DNA from: the human T2T-CHM13v2.0 reference genome, Homo sapiens
Assembly: GCF_009914755.1 (NCBI RefSeq)
Contig: NC_060925.1
Strand: one strand, 5' to 3'
DNA length: 64,000 nucleotides
In this document: positions 19,989-41,794 of the stretch, in pieces
Numbering within the stretch: position 1 is the first letter of the stretch
Layout of the letters: every line of letters starts with the position of its first letter
Translations under genes and position numbers: made by a program
Notes under the pieces: model-generated
What the model saw: only the letters and a program-made list of their open reading frames with translations
Database searches by the model: none
What the model was told of the DNA's origin: nothing

Positions 19989-20856
19989 CTAAGGGATAAA
20001 GTATGTAAGCAACTAAAAGAAAAGAAAGTCATAATGCTTAAACTTCTGCTGATTCAATTTGAGAAAACAGATGATTTGGTGGGTTTACTCACAAAATTGG
20101 AGATGTTTATTTGCAAGGTATTGTTTACTAAGTAGAGACTGCATTAATAAAAGTAAAAACCTAGCAGCATAACTCTACTTATAAATGACACCTAGAACAG
20201 GAACACAGACTGAAACATATTCAGAATGAAGTGAATAGGATGGGGAGGATACTCCAAACCTCATACTGTGAAGATAGGTTCAAGAAATTGGGAATTTAAA
20301 CATGGAGGAATGGGTACTCATGCAATAGTTGTCTTGAATTATTTGCAAGGACCTTTGAATGGAAGGGGCTTATAATCTGGGATGTCAAACACACAATTGT
20401 GGCTCATGGGTAGAATACATTGGGAAATAGATTTAGTATGAATATGAGAAAAAATGTTCTAGTCCTTTATTACTGTCTAAATATGGCCCGGGTCTCTCCA
20501 GGAAGGGGTGTGATTCATGCTGCAAGACCACTGAAGGGGATGCCCAAGAGGAGTATCAATGCCCAGAAAAATGCTTGGCTTAGAGGGTTTTGAGCTTTAA
20601 GTTTCTACTTCAATTTGCTGTAAATTGAAATTTGTCAGTTTGAACTCATGCTGTGAAGAGTTTCAGTTACTTAGCAAAGAAAAAATAAGCTGGATCAGGG
20701 CTTATCTACATATCAAAACAAAGTTAGGAATTCTGTTGTATAACTCCAAATCTAAAAAATAACTTCATACCTACTAGCTGATAGACAAAATTTCACTGTT
20801 GAATGAGAAGTAAAAAAAAAAAAAAAAAAGAAAAGAAAAAAGATAAATGCCTAGAG

Positions 20857-21169
20857 CAATGGTTGGCAAATCTTTTTTGTCACAGGCACGATAGTAAATA
20901 TTTTAGAGTTTGAGTTTGCAGGCCATACATTCTCTGTTGCAGCTACTCAACTCTGCCATTATTGTGCAAAGCAGCCACAGACAGTATGTAAACAAATGAG
21001 CATGACTGTGTTCCAATAAAACTTTATAAAACGACATTGAAATTTGTATTTCCTATAATTTTATTGTGTCTTCTTCTTTTGCTTTTTCAAAAACCATTTA
21101 CGCATATATGAAACCATTTTTAGTTCATGGGCTATAGATAAACAAGTGGCCATAGTTTGCCAATTCCTG
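20857..21169. mobile_element. MER58-family hAT-Charlie element
   Basis: ggttggcaaa...tttgccaattcctg termini; TSD (g/a)cctagag. Confidence 0.8.
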
Positions 21170-21211
21170 ACCTAGAGGTGAGGGGATAGTCGTGGTGTTG
21201 AAAGACAAAGA

Positions 21212-22084
21212 AGCAAATATTTTCTCCCATTCTGTAGGTTGTCTGTTTAGTCAGTTGATAGTCTGTTGATAGTTTCTTTTGCTGTACAGAAGCTTTTTAG
21301 TTTAATTAGGTCCCATTTGTCAGTTTTTGCTTTTGTTGCAATTGCTTTTGGTGTCTTTGCCATGAAATCTTTGCCAGAGTCTGTGACCAGAATGGTATTT
21401 TCTGGGTTTTCTTCAAGGGTTTTTGTAGTTTAGGTTTTACATTTAAGTCTTTAATACATCTTGAGACAATTGTTGTATATGGTGTAAGGAAGGGGTCTAG
21501 TTTCAATCTTCCGCATATAGCTAGCCATTTATCCCAGTACCATTTATTGACTAGGGAGTCCTTTCCTCATTGCTTGTTTTTGTTGGTTTTGTTGAAGATC
21601 AGATGATTGCAGGTGTGCAACTTTATATCTGGGCTCTCTATTTGGTTTCATTGGTCTATGCATCTGTTTTAGTACTGGTATCATGCTATTTTGGTTATTG
21701 CAGCCCTGTAGTACAGCTGAAGTTGGGTAATGTGATGCCTCAACCTTTGTTCTTTTTGCTTAGGATTGCTTTGGCTATTTGGGCTCTTTTTTTGGTTCCA
21801 TGTGAATTTTAGAATAGCTTTTTCTGATTCTGTGAAGAATGTCATTGGTACTGTGATAGGAATAGTCTTGAATCTGTAAATTGCTTTGGGCAGTATGGCC
21901 ATTTTAACAATATTGATTGTTCCTATCCATGATCATGGAATGTTTTCCCATTTGGTTGTGTCATCTCTGATTTCTCTTATCAATGTTTTGTAATTCTCAG
22001 TGTAGAGAACTTTCACCTCCCTGGTTAGCTGTATTCTTAGGTATTTTATTTTTTGGTGGCTATTGTGAATAGGATTGTGTTCTT
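21212..22084 (-). mobile_element. Older L1 ORF2 fragment (host of the full-length L1; resumes at ~28192-28230)
   Basis: ORF2 peptides [22 protein letters not shown]. Confidence 0.9.
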
Positions 22085-28191
<6,107 letters not shown>

Positions 28192-28518
28192 AGGATTGTG
28201 TTCTTGATTTGGCACTCAGCTTGGATGTTGGTCCACTTCCCCACTTTCAACCCTACTGTATCCTTCTTACCATCTTACTCTGTGACTACTCAAAGAAACT
28301 TGCCTCCTGTCTTGTGTTTGCTCTGACTTCAACTTGGATAAGGACCATTGCCACATCATTCTTTATGTTGGCATTATTTTCAGATGTCTGCTACTGTTTC
28401 TTCCTTTCTGTTCTAATTATTTATTTAGCCCTAACATTTCTATCCCACCAATTATTCGGCTTGCCATTCTCCATGAAAGTACACTTAAGAATCAAAGGAA
28501 ATGTATTGACATTCATTA

Positions 28519-28944
<426 letters not shown>

Positions 28945-29344
28945 CTAGTCACAAACTGTGTTTGCAGGAGGAAAACATTAATCAAGGGAGGACTTAAGGT
29001 TTGGAAAGGGCTACTCGATAAAGAGGCAAACTGAATAGTTAGGATATCATTTCTCCTGTATCCTCATATCTTATCTGCTCGCTTTAATATCTCTTCTAAC
29101 TAATTGTCTTATGCCCCCTTATTTCTAATATTTAACATATTTTAGCTGAGGTTACATACATGTTTGGCCCTATTCATCCTATTCTAAATGTTTGGGGTTG
29201 CTCATGATCTTGGATAAGAAGCATCTCTGAAAGGGTATAAAACTGTGCGATAAGTGCTCTTAGAAACTCATCTCTCCTCTCTCTGGTGGCTGACACGGTC
29301 CTTAAGTAATAGACTTCATGTAATGAATTCTGGTTCAAACAGAT

Positions 29345-30435
29345 CTTTTTCCGAAATATAATTTACATATCATAGATTTACCCTTTAAAAGTGTATAATT
29401 CCGTGGGTTTTAGTATATTCAAAAATGTGTGAAGCCATTATCACTAATTCCGTAACACTTTTATCATCGCCCAAAGAAACGCTGATCCTGTTAGAAATCT
29501 TTCTGGATCACTAGGCCTTAGGCCCTGGCAGCCACTAATCTACTGTCTATGGATATACCTATTCTAGATACTTCATTTAAATGGAAGCATGTACTCTGTG
29601 GCCTTTTGTGTCTGGCTTCTTTCAGTTAGCATAATGTTTTCAAGGTTCACTCATGTTGTAGCACACAGTACTTTATTCCATTTTATGGATAAGTAATATT
29701 CCATTGTATGGCTATATCAGATTTTCTTTATTCACTTATGAGTTGCCATCATTTGCATTGTTTTCAGTTTTGCTATTATTAAAGATGTTGCTGTAAATAT
29801 TGTGTACAAGTTTTTGTGCAGATGTATGTTTTCTCTTGGATATATACCTAGGAGTGGAATTGCTGGGTCATATGACAACTAAGTTTACCTTTTGAGGAAG
29901 TGCCAAGTTGTTTTCCAAAGTGACTATACCATTTTCCAAGTGACTAACCACTTTCCAAAGTGACTTATACCATCAGCAATTTCTGAGGGTTCCAATTTCT
30001 CCATACCTTTGCTAACACTTGTGATTATCTGTCTTTTTGATTACAGTTTTCTAGTGGGTGTGAAGTGATATCTCATTGCAGTTTGCGCTGCAGCTCCCTC
30101 ACAACTAATGATGTTGAGCATCTTTTCTTGGCTTATTTGCTATTTGCATATCTTTGGAGAAATTCAAATCCTTTGCTCATTTTAAAGTGGGTTATTAGTC
30201 TTTTTATTGTTGAGTTATGAGAGTTCTAAGTTGTAGGGTACTCTGTACATGAGACCATTATCAGTTATATGATTTTCAAATAACATCTTCTATTCTGTAG
30301 TTTATCTTTTCACGTTCTTGGTGGTGTCCTTTGAATCACAAACTTTTTTTTGATTTTGGTAAAGCTTGTATGTTTGGCATCATATCTAAGAAACTATTGC
30401 CTAATCAAAAACATGAAAATTTATATCTATGTTTT
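29345..30435 (-). mobile_element. L1MB-like 3' end
   Basis: L1M 3' UTR and ORF2-end motifs (ggagtggaattgctgggtcata). Confidence 0.8.
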
Positions 30436-31271
30436 CTTTCATCTCTCACTTCCAGCACCTTCCTTGCCCCATAATAATCTACACTGGATGAAGAGGTGGA
30501 AGGATAACATTATCAGAAGAGATGAGAGGGATAAACTGACTTCAGCAACTTTCACAGTAACAAATGTTTGCCAGTGAGATCTTTGTCTATCATCTTCTAG
30601 CTTTTAGCTCTCAGTATCTAGTGACATTGTTTGCAATATTTTTGCTCTAGTGTCCTTTCTCCAGCAAGTGAAAAGCTGAAAGCAAGTCCTTTTAAGGCTA
30701 AAGGAACTGCATGCTGACACTGGATGGTTGTGTTTAAAGGGGAAATGCAGAAAGGTAGGGAAGGTGCTAACTGCTCCTCCTTGGCCTTCCAAGGACAGAG
30801 CTTTGCTTCAGCTAGGAGAACTGCCCTCCAGGGACCACACACACCATGTGCTCTGTCTTGTGCTGCTAGGACTTTGAGTAGAGTAGTGAGGACTGACTGG
30901 AGGTGGGAAGGATGGATAATGAGAATGAGGGTCGAGGCGGCAGGAGGTGAAGCTGGTCTGTTAGGCACAAGCCAAACCATCTAAGTGTTTCTAACACCCA
31001 CAGTGCCTAGCACATAAGAAATCCTCAACTAACACATTTTGGTTTATAACCTTGGTCCAAAACTACTGAAGTTTTGCAAAACAAGCAGGACAATGTTTTT
31101 CTGGCATGGGATGTAAAAAGGGATGAATAAATAAGAGTTTGAGAAGTATATTCTAAGATGTTAGTATTATAAGAGAATGAAAGCAACAGCAGTGTACATT
31201 GCAGGCATTTTTACTGCCCCAGAGAAGTGGGTTTTCTCAGCTGAATAGACACTCATCTTTGGCGCTTCTCA

Positions 31272-31502
<231 letters not shown>

Positions 31503-32334
31503 TCAGCCTATTGATTTTGCTGCTGTTTCCTGGCTGTCTGGATTCCCCATGGAAAAAACACAATTGTAAAGTCTAGAGCAAGTACTGAGAACTCCACAGG
31601 GTTGGAGTGTGGCCTGCTGTTCTTGTCAATTCATAATAATTCTTCCAGAAAAAATCTTCTTAATTTAGTATGCTGTCTTATTCTCACTATTTATTTGCAG
31701 GAGTTGAGAACATCTGATTTTTCAACTTGAAAAATTGAAAAGCATAAAATATAATTTAAGCACTCAGATATTCATCAATTAAAATTTATACTTTTTAATA
31801 CATATGTAAAATAAAAATTACAGATAATATTGAAGTTTCTCCTTATATCTGGGCTTATTTCTATCTTGAAATTCATTTTTACACTTTTATGTACATATAT
31901 ATCATGAACAATATAAATGTGTGTGCTTTAAATGTATGTAAGCTATATGTTACTCTATGTATTTATGTAATTACTGTACTGTCATTCTACACCTGCTTTT
32001 TTCATTTAATACAGTTTCAAGACCTCGAACCATCTTGATCTATATGTATCCATCCATCTATCTATACATATATGTGTGCATAGATATATTTATTTGTGTG
32101 TGTATGACTCCCCTTAACAACCTTATAGTATTATTTTGTAGGAATTTACCACATTTTGTTTTTCTATTCTGCCACTGATGGACATTTATATTTTCCCAAT
32201 ATTTCAATATTATACTCAATGCTGCAAGTCACTCCTCTGTATTTGTTTCCTTGTGCAAATGTGTATGAGTGTCCCTCTCTCTATAAGCAGAAATAAAGTT
32301 AGTGCATCATAATATGATATGCATGATTTTGTGG

Positions 32335-32491
32335 GTGGGGTGGGGAGATGTAGGTCAAAGCATATAAAGTTACAATTATACAATTATGTAAGATGAATAA
32401 GTATAAGAACGTAATGTATAGCATAAAAACTATAGTCAATAACTTGTATTGTATAATGACGATTTTCCAAGAGTGTAGACTTTAGGTGCTC

Positions 32492-32538
<47 letters not shown>

Positions 32539-32640
32539 TATGAGGTAAGAGATATATTAATTTGCTTCACTTAGTCCACTATGTATATGGATATCAAAAT
32601 ATCATTTTGTACATCTTAAATATATCCAATAAAAACATTG
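32335..32640 (+). mobile_element. L1MA-like 3' end containing (AC)n at ~32494-32533
   Basis: ggggagatgtaggtcaaag...gatgaataag motif. Confidence 0.7.
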
Positions 32641-33014
32641 ACATTAAGGAAAGGGAACTCACGGAATAACTTCTCATTAAAAATATTTCTTAAATTAAGG
32701 TTCAGAAGAGTGGAAGGCTTTTAGAGTCTTTGAGCAGGTTCCAGTTAATTAGCAGCTACCGTTTCCTTTTTTCTGATGCCACCTTTCTGACGAAAGACAT
32801 GCTGAGACTGAAGACCTATCTGAGGTCACCTATTTATGCAAATTAGATGCCTTGAGGATCAAAGGAAACATCTGAAAGCTAGTATCTAGGACAGATGAAT
32901 ATGGTTATTAGGTTTTAGTTGCCACCAATCAAAGACTATTACTAACCATCAGCTAACTAGAGCTGTTATCACTCCCATCTCTGTTGAGATAATGATCATA
33001 ATAAAAGGTCCTAA

Positions 33015-35250
33015 TGCATCCTCATATTCATTGCAGCATTATTCACAAAAACCAAGATTTGGAATCAGTCTACATGTTCATCAATGGATGAATAAATAAG
33101 GAAAATAAAGAAAATAAAGAAAATAAAGTAAATATAGGCAATAGAATACTATTCAGTGTTAAAAAAAAAGAAATCTGTCATTTGCAACAATATGGATAAA
33201 CCTGGAGGACATTATTTTAAGTAAAATAATCCAGGTACAGAAAGACAAATAGCACACTTATATGCAGATTCTACAGAAGTTGAACTCATGCAAGTAGAGA
33301 GTAGAATGGTAGTTACCAGCCATTGGGGTGAGGAATTGGGGAGATGTTGGTCAAAGGATATAAAATTTCAGTTATATAAGAGGAATAAATTAAAGAGATA
33401 TACTGTATAACATGGTGACTATAGTAAATAACATATTGTATTTTGAAAATTTCTAAGAGAGTAGATTTTAAGTATTCTCACAATTAAAAATGATAAGTAC
33501 AAAGAACAAAGCTGGAGGCAACCGTAACCGTGCTACTCAACTATAAGCTATACTACAGGACTACAGTAACCAAAATGGCATGGTACTTGTACCAAAACAG
33601 CAAAACAGACACATAGACCAATGGAACAGAATAGAGAGCCCAGAAATAAAGCCACACACCTACAGTCATCTGATCTTAAACAAATCAACAAAAACAAGCA
33701 ATGATGAAAGGACTCCCTATTCAATAAATGGTACTGAGATAAATGGCTGGCCATATGCAGAAGATTGAAACTGCACCCCTTCCTTACACCATATAGAATA
33801 ATTATCTAAAGATGAATTAAAGAATAAAATGTAAAACCCAAAATTATAAAAACCCTGAAAGACAACCTAGGCAATACCATTCTAGACGTAGCAACAGGCA
33901 AAGATTTCATGACAAAGATACCAAAAGCAATTGCAACAAAAGCAAAAATTGACAAGTGAGATCTAATTAAAACAAAGAAATTCTGCACAGCAAAAGAAAC
34001 TATCAACAGACTAAACTGACAACCTACAGAATGGGAGAAAATATATACAAACTATGCATCTGACAAAGGTTCATACATGCTAACATCCAGCATCCGTAAG
34101 GAATTTAAACAAATTAGCAAGCAAAAAACCAAACAACCCCATTAAAAAGTGGGCAAAAAACATGAACAGTTTTCAAAAGAAGACATAAACGTGGCCAAAA
34201 AACACATGAAGAAAAGCTCAACATCACTGAACATTAGAGAAATGCAAATCAAAACCACAATGAGATACACTCTCACATCAGTCAGAATGGCAATTATTAA
34301 AAGGCCAAAAAGTAACAGATGCTGGCCAGGTTGCAGCAAAAAATGAATGCTTATACACTGCTGGTGGGAATTTAAATTAGTTCAGCCACTGTGGAAGACA
34401 GTGTGGTGATTCTTCAACGACCTGAATACAGAAGTACTATTCGACCCAGCAATCCCATTACTGGGTATATACCTAAAGGAATATAAATCATTTTACTGTA
34501 GAGACACATACACACATATGTTCACTGTAGCACTGTTCACAATAGTAAAGATATGGAATCAACCTAAATGCCCATCAGTGGTAGACTGGAGTAAGCAAAT
34601 GGCATACATATACACCACAGAATACTATGCAGCCATAAAAACAAACACGATCACATCCTTTGCTGGAAAACGCATGGAGCTGGAGGCCATTACCCTTAGC
34701 AAACTAACACAGGAAGAGAAAACCAAATACCGCTTCATCTCACTTATAAGTGGGAGCCAAATGATGAAAACACATGGACCTATAGAGGGGAACAACAGAT
34801 ACTGGGGCCTACTGGAAGGTAGGAAGAAGGAGAGGATCAGAAAAAATAACTTATGGGTACTAGGTTTAATACCTGGGTGACAAAATAATCTGTACAGCAA
34901 ACCCTGTTACATGAATTTGGCTATATTACAAACCTGTACATGTACCCCTTAACTTAAAAGTTTTAAATAAATGAATACATAAATAAAACACACACACACA
35001 CAGACACACACACACACACAGTGAGGAGTGTGTTGGAGAAACTTTTGGCTGCTGGGTGCTGCTGGTCAAAAAAAATTTCTAAGAAAGTAGACAGATTTTA
35101 AGTTTTCTCACAACTAAAAATAAGTATCTGAGGGTAATGCATACGTTAATTCACTTGATTGAGTCATTTTGCAATGTATACTTATTTCATCACATCATAT
35201 TATTTATTATATATATATATACACAATATCTGTCAATTAAAAGAATAAAT
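33015..35250 (+). mobile_element. L1MA-like 3' end, interrupted at ~33500-35070 by a younger L1
   Basis: L1MA 3' UTR breaks at 33499 and resumes after 35126. Confidence 0.8.
33500..34985 (+). mobile_element. 5'-truncated L1 (L1PA13-like) ORF2 end plus 3' UTR
   Basis: ORF2 C-terminal peptides ([33 protein letters not shown]). Confidence 0.9.
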
Positions 35251-35448
35251 TAAATTTTATAAAGCAAATATCAAAATAAGTAATGATGATAATAATAATA
35301 CTACTAAATCCTTATAGACCCTGCTTTGGATTGCATGGGTTTTCTTTAGTTGGCTAACTTTACCAAAAAATTATTTTTCTTATGTGTATGTTCAGCAGTC
35401 AGTGAGGATTCTATCTAACTTACGCTAAAGAGTTATAAAATATTGTCA

Positions 35449-35658
<210 letters not shown>

Positions 35659-36689
35659 TCATCCCAAGTGTACTTATTTTTATCCATTGAATACGAAGAT
35701 GGCACCATCAAAGTCCTAGTTATTTATTTATAGGCAAAGTTTTATCTCATCTACCTGATCTAACCTTCATAACAATCTTGGCAGGTACCCTCATTTTATA
35801 GATGAGGAAATGTAGGCTTAGAGAAGTTGAGAAGCTTGCTGAAAGTCATGCAGCAAGTAAGTATCAGGGCATATTTGAGGAAACACTTAACATCTGGACT
35901 GGGTTAACCCAGGTCTGTCTGGAAAAATGACCACAGGCCCTGTTTCCTTGGAAACTACGGAGTAATGATAAATGCGGCATATTGTGGCTGCCTTGTGTGC
36001 TGTGAAACCTCTGCTCTGCAGAACTTCCCCAGATGGGGTGAACTGCAAGATGGCCTGCAAGTGTCGGGCTAATGTCATCAGAGCAGTACTTGAAGATTGG
36101 TAGGGGACAGAGGCTGTAGCCTCTCTATGTCAAGTTGACCTGTGCATGTATCTGCTGCTCAGTGCCGCTGCATGCCTGTGAGCTTGAGGGGTATGAGAAG
36201 CGGTGTGCGTGGGTTGCTGCTCCTGAGCTCTGCACTGGGTTAACCATGGCTCTGTTGTGTTTGCCTCATAGTTCAGCTTTTACCTCTGCCCATTACTGCT
36301 TTCTCCCTCCTCCTTTCACATATATGTCTCTATTAAAATCTTGCACTTGGGACTTCACCTCAGTGTTTGCTTCTGGAAAGCTCAACCTGCAACTGCAGTA
36401 CTGTAAATTGCATAATGCATATTTCAATCATTGGGCATTTTCTAAACTTACACTATTCTAACTCTAAGGAACATAATGTTTCACTGAAGGTCTGGATGGA
36501 CGTGAGAGTGAGTTTGCTAGCTGTTTTCTGACTCCAAAGTTCATGGCTATTGGGAGCAGGTGATTTTCACCTGTTTAGCTCTTTATGGTAGGTGGCAGTC
36601 ACTACTTAAGAGAGAAATGAATGCCGATCATTATTTTAGGTTCTTATCATTGGTGCTTTCAGCCAGGAATGTATACTAAGAAATACTGC

Positions 36690-38240
36690 TGTGTAATGTG
36701 GTGGTTGAGAGCATGAGCTCTGGGGTTAAGCTGAGTTTGAATCCCGACTCCGCAAATGGCTGGGTAGACTTAGGGATGTTGCTTAACCTGTTTGTTGTCT
36801 GGTTTACTCATCCACAAAATGGAGCCAACACTAGTATCTTCTTGGAAATGTTATGTGGGTTAAACGAGATGATGCTGGTAAAGTGCGTCACACTTGGCCA
36901 TCATGTTAGTAATTATTGATAGCGGTTTTTTATCTAGTAGAGATATTTACATATTATGATTTAGAATTATTGAAACATTTCGTAACGCCACATAAACAGT
37001 GACATTTTCTGGTCACCATAGAATAGGATAATCATTCTTAGTGGTGGCAATAACACAGTAACAAGGATATTTCTGAATGCCTGTTAGTGCCAGGTCTGGT
37101 ACTAATCTTCTCAACAGGTAATGACTATTATCTCCAGTTTATGAATAAGAAACCAGATGAGAAACTTGCCAAAAGTTATACATCTGGTAAGGACTATGGC
37201 TAGGGCTTGAAACACAGGTCTGCCTCACCCCAAGGGCAGTGCTCATTCCTTTAGAATGTAATATTTCATGTCATTTTCAATTTTGTTTCATATGCCAGTT
37301 TCTTGAGATCTGGGACACAGTGTTGAGGTCTACATTCTGGCTCTACCATTTGCTGTGTGACCTTGGGCAAATTACTTAACCTCTCTGTAGCTTAGTTGCC
37401 TCATCTATAAAATGGAAACAATAGTAGTTTGTTGTGAGAATTGAGTGAGTTAGTATATGGAAAATGCAGAGAACAGGGCCTAGTACACAGTGAGTGCTCA
37501 GTAAATATCACTATTATTGCTCTTATTCTGTTGGGCATTTGGTGTTTTTAATTCATGCTTGAATCCAGGTTCTTGGATGCTGGTTCATGCTTCCAAAATG
37601 GTGATAGAGATGAATGAGGGAAATTAAAAGTTAACAAAGAAATGTTAATCAAACTTGCATATTAAGCCAAATAATCTACCTCAGGGGCCGAATTAAAGTG
37701 AGTTACTTGAAGGAACAAAAACAAACATTAAAAAACCTCGGGAAACAAATGAACAAAAAACCTTTCTGAGATCATATGTACTTTGAGTCTTACAAAAAAA
37801 GGCAACTAGCAAACAAAGTAAGAGATTATAAAATTATTTCAGAAGTAGGCTGAAGAGGAAAAAATATTTGGTTAGATCATGTAATCCATCTTAATAGCAA
37901 GCTGGCATTTTGCTTTTTACAGCAGCACATGGTTTTAAACAAGGGTAGGAAGTTCACACACAAGAGTTAAGGCACTTAGGAACGTCTTCATTTTGTTTAG
38001 ATTCAGAGGGTGCTGCAAATCTCCATATAAGATGTTAAAGGAATAGCTAAGGAATGGAAAGAGCTCAGTTTTTGGTCACAAACAACTGGCTCTAATCCTG
38101 GCTTCAGCACTTTCTGAACATGTACTCTTGATCACATTACTTAACTTCCTAAGGCTCAATTTCTCATCTGTGTAATACACATTTGGTGTGAGGGCTGAAT
38201 GAGATAATGTGTATAAAAGTCCCCAAAGAAATCCTGGTAG
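36690..38240. mobile_element. Cluster of several MIR copies in both orientations
   Basis: Cores such as tgtgaccttgggcaaattacttaacctctctg. Confidence 0.7.
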
Positions 38241-38246
38241 ATAGAG

Positions 38247-38535
38247 GGCCGGGCGTGGTGGTTCATGTTTGTAATTCCAGCACTTTAGGAGGCTGAGGCG
38301 GGCCGATCACCTGAAGTCAGGAGTTGGAGGCTAGCTTGGCCAACATGGCAAAACCCTGTCTCTACTAAAAATACAAAAATTAGCCGGGCGTGGTGGCAGG
38401 TGCCTGTTATCCCAGCTACATGGGAGGCTGAGGCAGGAGAATTGCTTGAACTAGGAGGTGGAGGTTGCAGTGAGCTTGCACTCCAGCCTGGGCGACAACA
38501 GCAAACCTCTGTGTCAAAAAAAAAAAAAAAAAAAA
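38247..38535 (+). mobile_element. Alu (AluS-like) with a small right-arm deletion
   Basis: GGCCGGGCGTGGTGG start, A20 tail. Confidence 0.95.
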
Positions 38536-39059
38536 TCCTGGCACACAGAAAGTGCTATTGTTCATTCCAGGAGTTTTGCTTTCATATAATAAACAGAACC
38601 ATTATGTTCTGTACCACTAATTTGTCATGTATTCTTATGCTACAAATAAAGTTTTTGTAAAGTTTCTCTAGAGTTTTGGATTCTTGAGTTATTTAATGTG
38701 TGTCTTATCTCTTTCAATATACCATAAGTTTTTCCAAATCAAAGGATCATGAACAAACTCCTTTCACCAACTGCAAGTGGGCACAAATAAGTAGTAATGA
38801 GACACTCACTTCCAGAAGCCTCTCACTTCCAGAAGATAAGACATTTTACACACATACATTCAGCATAAGGAAGCACACGACGACATCATTAATCACATAT
38901 ATCTTAAAAATGGCATAGAGAACTCATGAACTGCCGCTCACCTCAAAAATTAGCATTTTGTTCTGACGTGGTTGTGCCCACAACACACAAAAATAGTCCC
39001 TAATGATACTCTCCATTTGGCAAATACACCACAAGATGTTTTTAGATTTTGGAAAATGA

Positions 39060-39096
39060 ATCCAATCATCCATCCATCCACCCATCCATCCATCCA
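39060..39096. repeat. (TCCA)n tetranucleotide repeat
   Basis: Direct reading. Confidence 0.9.
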
Positions 39097-39205
39097 CTAC
39101 TTAACAGACATTTATTGAAAAAATATTATCAGCTAGGCACTCTTTTGGGTGTTGTTTCAGAATACTAATGACTTAGAAAATTTTGCAATAAACAATAGTT
39201 TGTCA

Positions 39206-39445
<240 letters not shown>

Positions 39446-41794
39446 TCAAACAACAACAATATAACTATAGTATCAATTATATACATCATTCACTATGTTT
39501 TGACACAGTACAAACTACCTCAGATACTGTGGCATAGACAATTCTAAGTGGTATTCATCAATTATATTATTTCTCAATAGGGAAAAGTATCAGGTTATGA
39601 ATAGCGTAATTTTAGCACTTAAACCATGGCTAAATTCCCACCACTTTCCCCCAGACATACACATGCTTACACAGCTCACTGTCTAGGGCACAAAAAATAT
39701 TCTGGTCAACTTCTGTACTCTTTTGGGTCTTGCATACTTCTCTCTGGGTCCCAGATTTTGGGTTTTGTATTCTGGTTTTTAAAGCCTACCTTTGCTCTCA
39801 CTTATCTGTCAAACTTTCAGCCTCCTTTTGACATATTGGACTATAACAGTTACTAAATTTTTAACTCTTGATTCCCCTGATTTTGCCCTTTTGTCAGTAA
39901 TAACAGGAAACATCTTTCTTCAACCCTGGATCTGGGAAACCTCACCAGCCACGCATATCCCTGGGGAGAGGAGTTTGTGCAGTTTAATTAGTACATCAAC
40001 AATTGTCTGATACATTTTCCTCTCCATCCTTTACCTCCCACTCATTTGGAACAGGAGGAGAGAACTGAAGACACCCTCATGGAAATCCTTGACCAATATT
40101 TCAGTTGCTCTATCAGGGTAGACATACTCCATTTCCATGAATAATAATGAGTAATCTGTAGATGAGACTTGACAGTGTTATCACATCTCAATGATGAGGT
40201 AAACTCAGACCCTGAAACAAATTGCAAGTAATGATAGTAAAGGAATGTTAACTCTTGGAAGATTCTCCAGATTCAGACCATGAAATGTGCAGCAGGGCAT
40301 GCATCTCGGCCTAACTGATAGGGACTCAACTAATGGGAAGAACCAAAGGCAGATAAATCAGGTTGAGCCTTTTCATTGCCCTAAAATTTGATTTGGACAT
40401 ATTTATACTTCTAGAATATTAGTAGAGAGTGAAAATGGTATCGCTTTCAGAATAATTCCTCTAGAAATAGTAGGAAGTACTTTAGGAATTATCTTTTTTT
40501 CTATATTCTCCCTTTTTCTCCTATTTCCCTCCCCTCTCCTTCTGTTCTTGTTACTTTTTCTAATCAAAAAAGGTGAGCTATGGAAAGGGCATTCCAACAT
40601 AAGGAACATAAGAAATACAATGGGGTAAAGAATAGCATGGTATACACAGACAACTACTAGCAGACCAATGTGACCAGATGATACATTTCAAGCAGATTTT
40701 GGTTGAGTGAAGGGACAGGAGAGGCAGGCACTGATTCAATTGAGGGGACTTTAGCAGTACGTTAGAGACCTTGGAATTTTTCCTACAGGTGATATTTAAT
40801 AACTAAAGTGTTATAAGAGAGAAAGTGAGGTATTTGGAAGATTAGTTACATGCTTTTGGCAGGAAGATGCAAAATCAATACTAATAAAAGCAGGAAGAAC
40901 AGTTAGAAGGTTTTAAAGTATTAGAAATTCAAGTTGGCAGAAGAGATAAACAGGTACAATTTTGATACAAATGTATATTGGGGAACAAATTTGGATATGA
41001 AAGGATGAGGATGGCAGTGAAAGGATAAGAGAAAGAATCACATGCAGATCCTGAAATCTTAATCATCTATTTTCTTCCATTAAGTATATGGGTCAACAAA
41101 GCAAACTGGCCAAGGATCAGCTCAAAGGTAAGAGGAAGGAAACAAGCAGGGTTGGAGTTCCATTTTCAGCAACATCACAGACTAGATACCAATAATTCCA
41201 CTGAAAAGAACCATAACTGCTAGAAAACATCTTTAAATCAGTCTTCTTGAAAGTGTCTCTGAGCTGGCAACTATAAGTAAGATCAGCACAAGCCATGGAC
41301 TAAGTAAATGTAGGAAGCCAAAGAGGTAAAATAGCTCTGAAGTTGGATTTTGTCCAGTGGGTTTTTGTCAAACTGTGTGATTCTGAGTATTTGTTTTCTT
41401 AGCATTGTGGGACTTAGGCAGAAATGAATGCCAGAATCTGCACAATCTGGATGGAAGGTTTGATATGAGGCCCTCAAATGACTACACTCTCAGACTAAGT
41501 GTGGATTATTAACAGAAATCATTCGTGTCCTTTCCCACCCCACTCTAGAACTGTCAGAAAGCTTGCCTGTGTTCAAACTTGGTGCTGAGCAGAGAAAACA
41601 AGAAAGTACTTAAGAGGTTGTATAACCACAAGTAGATCCTTATATAGGTTTGAAGTGAAAATTCATACCACTTGAGTGGCACCCCCAGAAATTCCTTAAA
41701 TTAATAATTTAAAGTGATCCAAGACTGTTGGTTCCCCTATCAACTGCTAAAGTCCTTTCTGAAGCCAAAGTCCTTTATAAAGAAATGCACTATT

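Noticed and set aside
20812-20841. A-rich run as a second poly(A)-only insertion
   Set aside because: No flanking target-site duplication identified
30604-30984. Overlapping ORFs in a GC-richer patch
   Set aside because: No phase-compatible splice sites found, and the SPAG17 frame is complete without them; probably an old repeat I cannot name
38805-38835. 14-bp direct repeat ctcacttccagaag
   Set aside because: Trivial local duplication with no supporting context
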